Shown: positions 16,665-25,287 of the stretch, piece by piece
How the letters are laid out: every line of letters begins with the position of its first letter
How positions within the stretch are numbered: the stretch's first letter is position 1
Assembly (NCBI GenBank): GCA_964561105.1
Contig: CAZLOH010000009.1
Coordinates: forward strand, 22,679 to 86,678
Origin: an uncultured Bifidobacterium sp.
GTDB taxonomy: Bacteria; Verrucomicrobiota; Verrucomicrobiia; Limisphaerales; JADLHS01
Length of the DNA: 64,000 nucleotides
Direction of reading: 5' to 3'
Program-made: the position numbers and the translations under genes
Notes under the pieces: model-generated
Databases searched by the model: none
Told to the model about the DNA's origin: nothing
What the model saw: only the letters and a program-made list of their open reading frames with translations

Positions 16665-19600
16665 ATGATCGAAATTCCGAAGGCATACGAGCCACAATCT
16701 GTCGAAGATAAGTGGTATCAGTTCTGGTTGGAGAATTCGTGTTTTACCGCCGACCCGGCGCGCGTGAGCGGCAAGCGCCCGGCGTATTCCATCGTCATCC
16801 CGCCACCGAACGTCACGGGCATGCTCCACATGGGGCACGTGCTCAATAACACCATCCAGGACATTCTCAGTCGCAAGGCGCGCATGGACGGCAAGGAAGT
16901 CCTCTGGCTGCCGGGCACGGACCACGCGGGCATCGCCACGCAGGTGCAGGTCGAGAAGGCGCTGAAGAAAGGGGAAAAGAAAACCAAATACGATCTGGGC
17001 CGCGAAGAATTCCTCAAGCGCGTGTGGGCGTGGAAGGAAGAAAAAGGCGGCATCATCATCAACCAGCTCAAGAAGCTCGGGTGTTCGTGCGATTGGACGC
17101 GCGAACGCTTCACGATGGACCCGGAGTATTCGCGCTGTGTGCAAAAGGTGTTCGTCGAGCTTTACAAGCAGGGTCTCATCTATCGCGGCAAGCGCATGGT
17201 GAACTGGTGCCCGGTGTCGCAGACCGCGCTCTCGGACGAGGAGGTGGAAATGAAATCCCAGAAGGGTTTCATGTATCATTTTCGGGTGGAAGCGGTGGAG
17301 CAGGATGGAACGCCCGTGAAAGTTGCGGCGCGGCCCCTCACCCCATCCCTCTCCCCTTCGGAAGGGGAGAGGGTGGCCGATAGGCCGGGTGAGGGGAAAT
17401 CGGGTGGTCCGCAGATTGATTCCGACGGCCGTATCTGGCTCACCATCGCAACGACGCGACCGGAGACCATCCCGGGCGACACGGCGGTGGCGGTGAATCC
17501 AAGAGACCCGCGTTACGCGCACCTCATCGGCAAACACATCGTGCGACCGTTGCCGCCGGAATTGCCGCACGAACAGAAGCTCATCCCGATTATCGGCGAC
17601 GAGCACGTGGATTTTGAATTCGGAACGGGCGTGCTCAAGGTGACGCCGGCGCACGACAAGGCGGACTTCGACATCGGCCAGCGGCACAAGCTGAGCATCG
17701 TGGACATCATGAATCCCGACGGTTCCATGAACGAACTGGCCGGCACGGATTTGAAAGGACTGGATCGGTTCAAGGCGCGCAAGGTGGCGGAGGAAAAGCT
17801 CACCGAACTCGGCGCACTCGTTGAAGCGAAGCCGTACGAAAACAACGTGGGTTTCAGTCAGCGCGCGGATGTGCCGATCGAGCCGCGCCTGAGCGAGCAA
17901 TGGTTCTTGAAGTATCCGGCGGTGGAGCAATCCAAGGCGTGCGTGGAGCAGGAGGACGCGGGAGAACGGAGCGCCGATCTCCGATCCGGCGCGTTGGGAG
18001 AAGCTACAGGAACACGCCGGGTCGGAGACCGGCGCTCCGGCAAAATGCGTTTCCATCCGCAGCGGTGGGCGAAGGTTTATGACCACTGGCTGACGAACAT
18101 TCAGGACTGGTGCATCAGCCGTCAGCTTTGGTGGGGGCATCAAGTTCCGGTCTGGCGACCGCCCCAAGATTGGGGAACTAAGGAGCAAATAATGGACGCG
18201 CTCCATTATTTGCAGGATGTGAAGCGTTCAAAACGGCCTGATGTAGTTGTCAATTTTCCGGAAACGGGAAAAACATCGACAAACGAAAAAGGTGAGCCAC
18301 TAACCGGAATTACAATTGAAGTTTGTCTCGATTCGTCGGCAAGCGATGTTGCAAAAAAACTTGAAGAGTTTGGTTTGGTTCAAGACCTCGATGTGCTCGA
18401 CACGTGGTTCAGTTCTTGGCTCTGGCCGTTCGCCACGATGGGCTGGACGGGTGACAAATCCCAAGACTCCAACAATCCAACACTCCAGGCTTTCTACCCA
18501 ACCACCGACCTCGTCACCGGGCCGGACATCATCTTCTTCTGGGTCGCGCGCATGATCATGGCCGGCTACGAATACATGGGGGAGATGCCGTTCAAGAACG
18601 TGTATTTCACCGGCATCATCCGCGACAAGCAGGGTCGCAAGATGTCCAAGACGCTGGGCAACTCACCCGACCCGCTGGAACTCATCGCGAAGTATGGCGC
18701 GGATGCGTTGCGCTTCGGCACGATGCGCAGCGCGCCGCTCGGTCAGGACGTGTTGTTCGACGAGAAGGACGTCGAATTGGGCCGCAACTTTTGCAACAAG
18801 CTATGGAATGCGTGTCGTTTCCGCCAGATGCAAAGTGCTGCCGACTTGCAGTCGGCAGCAGGTGACACCTCCCGACAGAATGTCGGGAGCACATTCGAAG
18901 TGCAGGGGGAGATCAATCCCAGTCTGCTCACGTCCGATGACAAGTGGATTCTGCTCAAGCTGCACGAAGCGATTCGCGAAATCACCGAGGCACTGACCAC
19001 CTATAATTTCAGCACGGCGGCGCAGGCGTTGTATCGGTTTTTCTGGAGCGAGTATTGCGACTGGTATGTCGAGGCGAGCAAGGCAGTGTTGGTTAAACAA
19101 GTGATTGAGATAAATGAGTTAAATCAGTCTGGCGAGGCTCGAACGGCAACCTCTCATTTAACCAGTCACTCATTTAACGGTTCAACCTCGCGCCGCGCGA
19201 ACACCCTCGCCGTCATTGATTTCGTGCTCTCACACACGTTGCGCTTGTTCCACCCGTTCCTGCCGTTCATCACGGAGGAGTTGTGGCACGGGATGGGTTA
19301 CGCGACGGACATGCCGGAAAATCAGGGGGGCAAGACCATCATGAACGCCCCGTGGCCGAAGCCGTTCGAACTCGAGTTCCGGGACGCCTACAGTCTCGAC
19401 GAGTGCTACCTGGAATTTGCTAATCAGAAATATGAAGTCGTGACGCGGGGACGAGATCTGCGGCGGATTGGAAACATCCAAGCCGGCAAGAAGGTGAAGT
19501 ATGTCCTCAAGCCGAGTCGCGAGATTCTCCCGCACGATGCCGAGGTCATCAAAATCCTGCTCAACGCCGAGGCGCTTGAGATCAACGAGAGTTACGCGGC

Positions 19601-19871
19601 GAAGAAAGGCACGCCGACCGCACACACGCCACTGGGGGAACTATTCCTGCCCTTGGAAGGATTGATTGATGTCGCGGCCGAGAAGGTGCGGCTGACGAAG
19701 GAGAAGGAAAAGATCGAAGCCGAAATCGAGAAGGTGAAACAAAAACTGGCCAATCCAGCGTTCACGCAGAAGGTGCCGCCAGCGGTCTTGCGGGAGCACG
19801 AGCAACGTCTGGTGGACTGGCAGGCGAAGCTGGAACATGTGAAGGCGGCGTTGGAGGCGTTGGGAAGTTGA
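16665..19871 (+). CDS. valS: Valine--tRNA ligase, unusually long (about 1068 aa) because of multiple in-frame insertions
   Basis: HIGH motif 'PPPNVTGMLHMGH'. KMSKS motif 'KMSKTLGN'. 'ATTRPETIPGDTAVAVNP', 'DWCISRQLWWGH', and a C-terminal coiled coil. ATG at 16665. Confidence 0.95.
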   Translation: MIEIPKAYEPQSVEDKWYQFWLENSCFTADPARVSGKRPAYSIVIPPPNVTGMLHMGHVLNNTIQDILSRKARMDGKEVLWLPGTDHAGIATQVQVEKALKKGEKKTKYDLGREEFLKRVWAWKEEKGGIIINQLKKLGCSCDWTRERFTMDPEYSRCVQKVFVELYKQGLIYRGKRMVNWCPVSQTALSDEEVEMKSQKGFMYHFRVEAVEQDGTPVKVAARPLTPSLSPSEGERVADRPGEGKSGGPQIDSDGRIWLTIATTRPETIPGDTAVAVNPRDPRYAHLIGKHIVRPLPPELPHEQKLIPIIGDEHVDFEFGTGVLKVTPAHDKADFDIGQRHKLSIVDIMNPDGSMNELAGTDLKGLDRFKARKVAEEKLTELGALVEAKPYENNVGFSQRADVPIEPRLSEQWFLKYPAVEQSKACVEQEDAGERSADLRSGALGEATGTRRVGDRRSGKMRFHPQRWAKVYDHWLTNIQDWCISRQLWWGHQVPVWRPPQDWGTKEQIMDALHYLQDVKRSKRPDVVVNFPETGKTSTNEKGEPLTGITIEVCLDSSASDVAKKLEEFGLVQDLDVLDTWFSSWLWPFATMGWTGDKSQDSNNPTLQAFYPTTDLVTGPDIIFFWVARMIMAGYEYMGEMPFKNVYFTGIIRDKQGRKMSKTLGNSPDPLELIAKYGADALRFGTMRSAPLGQDVLFDEKDVELGRNFCNKLWNACRFRQMQSAADLQSAAGDTSRQNVGSTFEVQGEINPSLLTSDDKWILLKLHEAIREITEALTTYNFSTAAQALYRFFWSEYCDWYVEASKAVLVKQVIEINELNQSGEARTATSHLTSHSFNGSTSRRANTLAVIDFVLSHTLRLFHPFLPFITEELWHGMGYATDMPENQGGKTIMNAPWPKPFELEFRDAYSLDECYLEFANQKYEVVTRGRDLRRIGNIQAGKKVKYVLKPSREILPHDAEVIKILLNAEALEINESYAAKKGTPTAHTPLGELFLPLEGLIDVAAEKVRLTKEKEKIEAEIEKVKQKLANPAFTQKVPPAVLREHEQRLVDWQAKLEHVKAALEALGS
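17344..17406. repeat. 63-bp nested palindromic element, in frame within valS
   Basis: Outer arms cccctcacc / ggtgagggg. Inner 12-bp perfect stem ccctctcccctt (17357..17368) / aaggggagaggg (17372..17383). Translates as 'PLTPSLSPSEGERVADRPGEG'. Confidence 0.85.
17967..18039. repeat. Palindromic element with 25-nt arms (23/25 complementary), within valS
   Basis: Left arm cggagcgccgatctccgatccggcg (17967..17991). Right arm cgccgggtcggagaccggcgctccg (18015..18039). Same core (ggagcgccg...cggcgctcc) as the element at 12609..12685. Confidence 0.85.
18185..18213. repeat. Perfect 12-bp stem / 5-nt loop hairpin within an AT-rich valS insertion
   Basis: gcaaataatgga-cgcgc-tccattatttgc. Confidence 0.8.
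18836..18889. repeat. Two adjacent perfect hairpins within valS
   Basis: tgctgccgact-tgc-agtcggcagca (18836..18860, 11-bp stem). ctcccgac-agaat-gtcgggag (18869..18889, 8-bp stem). Together they translate as 'AADLQSAAGDTSRQNVGS'. Confidence 0.8.
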
Positions 19872-19942
19872 TACCGTGGTGACGCAAGGAAAGGTGGGAG
19901 GATGGGGTTGCCAGTCGCCTCTCGGGAGCGCAAACTCCATCT

Positions 19943-21397
19943 GTGAAACGGATCCTGTTGTTCACCTGGCTCGTCCTGCTGGCGGCCTTGCCTTGCCGGG
20001 CCGAACCTGATTGGCAGACTCGCGCGGCGTCCTTGGAACGCCAAGGTCAGTTCAAGCAAGCGGAGTCCGTCCTCTCGGCGGCGCTCGCGGTTCAATCCAT
20101 CACTGGCCCGGAGCGCAAGACCCTCGCCTTTGAACGCGACCGGTTGGAGCGCATCCGCAAGGATTACTCTTATTCCCAAGCCGAATTGTTCGCAGCATTG
20201 AAGAAGTCCGTGCGGGGATTGTCGGAGAAGGAATTCGAGCGCTGGATTGCCGAGGGCCGCTTCGACGTGCGCGAGATTGATGGCGAGCGGCGGTTCATGG
20301 GGTCGAGTGTCAGCAATCTCTTTTTTCGCTACCCGGAGTTGAATCCACGCCGGATGCCGGTCAAGGATACGACTCATCATGATCGAGCCAATTGGGAAAC
20401 ATGTGTGGCCATCAAAGCCGCAGCCCAACGGGAGAAGCGCCCGTACGTGTTGCCCAAACAGTTCGAGGCGGAAATGACGGTGTCGGTGGAGGCTGACACC
20501 GTGCCGGAAGGTAAAGTGATCCGGGCGTGGCTGCCCATTCCGCGACGCTATCCGTTTCAGAACGAGTTCTCGTTGCTGAAAACCTCGTCTCCCATCAAAC
20601 ACACTGATGACGAGTCGAGTCCCATACGCGCGATCGAACTGGAACAACCGGCCGTCAAGGGCGCACCGACGAAATTTTCGATTGCCTACGATTACACCGT
20701 GTACGGGGTCTGGTTCGACATCCGGCCCGAAGCAGTGACGCGAGCGAACGCCAATAATCCGGCGCTAAAACCATTTCTGGCGGAAGCGCCACACATCGTC
20801 TTCACGCCTGAGTTGCGGACTTTGTCCAAGCGAATCGCCGGGAGCGAAACCAATCCCGTGTTGAAGGCGAAAAAGTTCTACGACTGGATCGCGAGCAACA
20901 TCAAATACAGCTATGCGCTGGAATACTCGACGATTCCCAACCTGAGCGAATACTGCCTGACGAAGGGTTACGGCGACTGCGGGCAGGAGGCTTTGTTGTT
21001 TATGGCCCTGTGTCGGCTGAATGAGATTCCGGCGCGCTGGCAATCCGGCTGGAATACATTTCCCGGCGCCAAGTCCATCCACGACTGGTGCGAGATTTAC
21101 CTCGATCCGTATGGGTGGGTGCCGGTGGATCCCTACAAGGGCATCTGGGCGATGCAGTATGCGACCACGCTCACGCCGGCCCAACAACGCGAAGTCCGCG
21201 ATTTTTATTTTGGCGGGCTCGACTACTATCGAATGGCAGCGAACAGCGATCACAATCAAACGCTCACACCGGCCAAGAAATCCTTCCGCTCGGACAACGT
21301 GGATTTTCAACGAGGCGAACTGGAGTGGAGCACGAACAACATTTACTTTGACCAATACTCCTACGAGTTGAACGTGAAGGAAACCGAAGCACGGTAA
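19943..21397 (+). CDS. Secreted transglutaminase-like cysteine protease-fold protein
   Basis: Signal peptide 'LLFTWLVLLAALPCRA'. Transglutaminase core 'GYGDCGQEALLFMALCRLNEIPAR' with downstream 'HDWCEIYLDPYGWVPVD'. GTG start. Confidence 0.8.
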   Translation: MKRILLFTWLVLLAALPCRAEPDWQTRAASLERQGQFKQAESVLSAALAVQSITGPERKTLAFERDRLERIRKDYSYSQAELFAALKKSVRGLSEKEFERWIAEGRFDVREIDGERRFMGSSVSNLFFRYPELNPRRMPVKDTTHHDRANWETCVAIKAAAQREKRPYVLPKQFEAEMTVSVEADTVPEGKVIRAWLPIPRRYPFQNEFSLLKTSSPIKHTDDESSPIRAIELEQPAVKGAPTKFSIAYDYTVYGVWFDIRPEAVTRANANNPALKPFLAEAPHIVFTPELRTLSKRIAGSETNPVLKAKKFYDWIASNIKYSYALEYSTIPNLSEYCLTKGYGDCGQEALLFMALCRLNEIPARWQSGWNTFPGAKSIHDWCEIYLDPYGWVPVDPYKGIWAMQYATTLTPAQQREVRDFYFGGLDYYRMAANSDHNQTLTPAKKSFRSDNVDFQRGELEWSTNNIYFDQYSYELNVKETEAR

Positions 21398-21446
21398 TCA
21401 GGCTTCGCAAAACCAGCCACCTTCATGCCGTCGAGTCGGGTTGAAA

Positions 21447-22316
21447 TCAATTTTGCGCGGCCACCACATCCAGTTTTTGGAATGGTGGGAGCGCCGGAGG
21501 CCCGGATTCCCAAGCGAGCAGAGCGCGTTTGCGTTCGGCACCCCAACGATAGCCCTTGATCACTCCAGTTTCGCGAATGACGCGATGGCAAGGGATGAGA
21601 TAGGCAATGGCGTTGGTGGCGCAAGCGGTGCCAACGGCCCGCGCCGCTTTGGGCTGGCCGAGTGCGGAGGCAATGGAGCGGTAGCTCGCCACGCAACCTG
21701 GCGGAATACGCAGCAGCGCGCGCCAGATTTTCAGTTGAAACGGCGTGGCGCGAACGAACGCTTTCAGACCGCCGGGTGCTGAAGTCTCGGAATGGAAAAT
21801 GGTTTTTGCCTGGCGGCGCGCGGCGGAATCATTTCGGTGAAGCAGTGCGTGGGGCCAGTTTTCCCGTAGCGTCGCCGGCTCTACCAGTGACTCGGCCGGT
21901 TCGTGGAACGCCAGGTGACAAATCCCCCGCGTGTTCCAACCCAGGCTGCACCAACCAAAGGGGCTTTCCGCCCGTCCCCACTCGATCCGCAGTCCGCGGC
22001 CACCGTTCTTTACTTCACCAGGTGAAGCGGCTTCGATGCTCACCAACAAATCATGCAACCGCCCCGGCCCGGAGAGCCCCGTCTCCAACGCCGCCTCCAG
22101 CACACTCTTGGATTCGTGCAAACGCTGTTTGGCATGCTCGACAGTCAGGCATTGCAGAAAGTCCTTGGGCGTAATCCCGGCCCAACGATGAAACAATCGG
22201 TGAAAGTGCGATTCGCTCAATCCAGTGGCCGCCGCCAGATCGCGGAGTGCGGGCTGCCGGGCATGATGCGCGTCCAGATGACGGATCACAGCGGCAATAC
22301 GGTCGTAATCATTCAT
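21447..22316 (-). CDS. AraC-type HTH fused to methylated-DNA--protein-cysteine methyltransferase (Ada/Ogt-like)
   Basis: HTH 'LAAATGLSESHFHRLFHRWAGITPKDF'. MGMT active site 'IPCHRVI' near the C-terminus. Confidence 0.85.
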   Translation of the reverse strand: MNDYDRIAAVIRHLDAHHARQPALRDLAAATGLSESHFHRLFHRWAGITPKDFLQCLTVEHAKQRLHESKSVLEAALETGLSGPGRLHDLLVSIEAASPGEVKNGGRGLRIEWGRAESPFGWCSLGWNTRGICHLAFHEPAESLVEPATLRENWPHALLHRNDSAARRQAKTIFHSETSAPGGLKAFVRATPFQLKIWRALLRIPPGCVASYRSIASALGQPKAARAVGTACATNAIAYLIPCHRVIRETGVIKGYRWGAERKRALLAWESGPPALPPFQKLDVVAAQN

Positions 22317-22490
22317 GCCCGCAGCTTAATCGAAGCGTCGGCCGAACCCACCCGATTCTTGCTGCCGTTTTGCCGGGCTGGTTGGCTTGCCCGTCCTCTC
22401 CGAACGCGCTCACTTACGGTTGGCTCAAGTTGAACTTGATTAAAATTCCACGAAGGCTATTCCTCGTGCCGACTGGAAGCCCGCAAGCCT

Positions 22491-23777
22491 ATGAAACATG
22501 CAACCCGATTGTCCGTCGCGACCGCAATGCTGTGCCTGCTGTGTCTCGCGCTCCAACTCACCGCGACCATTCAAGCCGCCGACTGGCCGCAATGGCGCGG
22601 CCCGCATCGTGATGGGCAGTCAGCCGAATCGGGTTTGCTGCAATCGTGGCCCAAGGAAGGTCCGAAATTGCTCTGGCAGGCCAAGGACATCGGCTCGGGA
22701 TATTCGACGCCAGCCGTGGTCGGCGACCACATTTACCTGATCAGCAATGCGGGACTGGAAAACGAATTTGTGCTCGTGCTCTCGGCCAAGGACGGTCAGC
22801 GCGTGTGGAGTGCGAAACTTGGCGCGGTGGGAAATCCAAAACAGGAGCCGCATTATCCGGCCGCCCGTTCGACGCCGACGGTGGACGGTGATTCGGTTTA
22901 TGCGCTGAGCTCGGATGGCGATCTGGTCGCTCTCGCCACGGCGGACGGGCAGGTGCGCTGGCGGAAAAGTTTGCGCCGGGATTTCGGCGGACAACCGGGC
23001 GAATGGGCGTATGCGGAGTCTCCGTTGATTGATGGTGACGCGCTCATTTGCACCCCGGGCGGACCCAGCGCAACGATGGTTGCCCTGAACAAACGCTCAG
23101 GTGATGTGATTTGGAAATGCGCCTTGCCGGGAGGCAGTGACGCGAGTTATGCCAGTGCGATCCGTTTCGAAGCCGACGGCGTGAAACAATACGTGCAATT
23201 GTTGCCACGAGGGCTGATTGGTGTGGACGCCGGGGCGGGAAAGATTCTGTGGCAATATGAACGCAATACCAAGGGAAGTCCGGCCGTCATCATGACACCG
23301 CTCGCTGCGGATGGGTTGATATACAGTGGCGCCTTTCGCGCGGGTGGGGCGTTGGTGAAGCCGGTGAAAAAGAGCGATGGGTTCGTGCCCGAGGAGATTG
23401 ATTTCAACAACAAACTGCCCGTCGGCTTGGGTGGGGTCGTGAAGGTTGGCGATTATTTTTACGGTTCGAGCGGCACCTCGGTAATGTGCGTCGAGTTCAA
23501 GAACGGTGAGAAGCAATGGGAGGAGCGCGCGATTGGCCCGTCCTCCTGGCTGGCGGCGGATGGCCGGCTGTATTTGCACGCCGAGAAGGGCGATGTGGTT
23601 CTGCTCGAGCCGAATCCCAAAGCGTATCACGAGTTGGGTCACTTCATCCCGCCGGATAGTCCCGCCCGCCTCAATGAAATGGAGAAAGCGTGGGCGTATC
23701 CCGTCGTGGCCAACGGCCGGCTTTACATTCGCGACCAAACCTCGCTCTGGTGCTACGATGTGAAGGCAGGGCACTAA
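22491..23777 (+). CDS. PQQ-like (BamB-type) beta-propeller repeat protein, secreted
   Basis: Signal peptide, then 'ADWPQWRGPHRDGQS' and repeated 'G..YS.P.V..d.iy' blades. Confidence 0.8.
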   Translation: MKHATRLSVATAMLCLLCLALQLTATIQAADWPQWRGPHRDGQSAESGLLQSWPKEGPKLLWQAKDIGSGYSTPAVVGDHIYLISNAGLENEFVLVLSAKDGQRVWSAKLGAVGNPKQEPHYPAARSTPTVDGDSVYALSSDGDLVALATADGQVRWRKSLRRDFGGQPGEWAYAESPLIDGDALICTPGGPSATMVALNKRSGDVIWKCALPGGSDASYASAIRFEADGVKQYVQLLPRGLIGVDAGAGKILWQYERNTKGSPAVIMTPLAADGLIYSGAFRAGGALVKPVKKSDGFVPEEIDFNNKLPVGLGGVVKVGDYFYGSSGTSVMCVEFKNGEKQWEERAIGPSSWLAADGRLYLHAEKGDVVLLEPNPKAYHELGHFIPPDSPARLNEMEKAWAYPVVANGRLYIRDQTSLWCYDVKAGH

Positions 23778-24230
23778 CCGGCGCAAGCGCGGACTACCGA
23801 GCAACCACCGCACCACCTCGCATTGCGTTGGATAAAAATCACCGTGCGGTTTGCCGGGAACACGCTTTGATTCGGGGTGAATCCCATTCGTGCTGCGCTT
23901 CAACTCGGTGAGCGCTTCGAGACGTGTGCGGGCAAACTCCGGCCGCTGCACGATCGCTCAGATTCCGAGCTTGCCTTCAAGGTGCGCGTCAAGGATTTTG
24001 TGCCTCACCATGCACGAGCGCGTGAGTTACTCGCTGGATGCCATCAGGCAAACGGAACGAGCCGATACTGGGAATCATTGCCTGTTCACAATTTCCAGTG
24101 ACGTGGCGGGGCGATGGACGCTCGGAGGGGTCTCAATCACGCGGAGGCCCGATTCCCAATACAAAAGTATCATCGAGCTCATGTATGAGTCACCAAACCT
24201 CGTTGGCTTGACTCTAACCTGCTGACCACA

Positions 24231-25013
24231 ATGAAAATTACACGCAAAGCAAATCGAATGGATAGGGCCGACCCCCGCCCGGTGTTAGCGGCCGCCGTTG
24301 CGTTGGGGCTCGCCTTGTTGATCAGTCTCTCGCAAATCCAGGCGCAACAGCAACCCAAAGGCCCACCGGTGCCAAGCTTCGACGAAGTCATGCAACGTGC
24401 CTTGCGCGAAAAACAGAATGCCGCCAAGGCCGCCGCCACACCGCCGCAAACCAACCCTCCTCCCGTCGCCCTTACGCCGCCTACAACCAAGTCTGTAGTT
24501 CCGCCGCCAACGCCACCTTTCGTGCTTCCGCCTCCAACCGGCGGACAGAACGGCAAACAAGTTGCGCCGAAGGCCCCGGCGTCACCCGGGGCGACTACCA
24601 CCAAGAAGCCGACGAGCAAGGGACCGGTCTTTTCGGAATTGCCGCCGGATTTGCGCCCAGGTGCCGCGCCGGTTGCACAGCTGCCGCCTGACAGCAAAGT
24701 GACCTTGCCGGGCACAGTCACCAACGCCATGACGACCCTGGACGACCAGCATCGGCTGGCTATTGGAGATCATCTAACCTTCCGTATCATGGAGGACGAT
24801 GAAGCTCTAAAGCGGCTCGTTGTGACACCTTCCGGTGAAGTGGTGCTGCCTTATCTGGGACGCTTTCCAGCAGCCGGCAAGACTTGCAGAGCGCTGGCCA
24901 GCGAAGTTAAAGTTCGACTGGAAAAAGATTATTACTACCGGGCGACCGTGGTGATCGCCGTAGATTTGAAGAGCAAGAAGGGAGCTGAAGATTCATCCCG
25001 TCGGGCCCGTTAG
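24231..25013 (+). CDS. Polysaccharide export (Wza N-terminal Poly_export) domain protein with Pro-rich N-region; possibly 3'-truncated
   Basis: 'IGDHLTFRIMEDDE...PSGEVVLPYLGRFPAAGKTCRALASEVKVRLEKDYY'. No SLBB-type domains follow. Ends in the low-quality tail 'GAEDSSRRAR'. Confidence 0.5.
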   Translation: MKITRKANRMDRADPRPVLAAAVALGLALLISLSQIQAQQQPKGPPVPSFDEVMQRALREKQNAAKAAATPPQTNPPPVALTPPTTKSVVPPPTPPFVLPPPTGGQNGKQVAPKAPASPGATTTKKPTSKGPVFSELPPDLRPGAAPVAQLPPDSKVTLPGTVTNAMTTLDDQHRLAIGDHLTFRIMEDDEALKRLVVTPSGEVVLPYLGRFPAAGKTCRALASEVKVRLEKDYYYRATVVIAVDLKSKKGAEDSSRRAR

Positions 25014-25287
25014 CGTTTCAGTGCCGTTACCAAGGCAAGGTGTTACAAGGCCGTCTCAGGGACAGGCGAATCACCGAACTTGCCGTAAAACGAAAAATGG
25101 TCCGCGATCGCGAGGTTGGTGAGCACTCATTGTAAGAGAGATTCACGAACAGGGCGCGCCAAATCGCATGGTTGCAGTTCCCGCGCGTAGTGCTCGAATG
25201 AAAATCAACGTGGAGATAGTCAGCCTCGTAGCAGCTTGGCGAAGCAGGTAGTTCTTCGTAAGCGATACAGACCTTCGCTCATTGGAG

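Noticed and set aside
23877-24225. ORFs 23877..24101 and 23890..24225. Also a minus-strand peptide ending 'ELDDTFVLGIGPPRD', which faintly resembles a RelE/ParE toxin C-terminus.
   Set aside because: The similarity is a few residues recalled from memory, and the frames are interrupted and lack starts. At most this is a decayed remnant. BLASTX would be needed before calling it.
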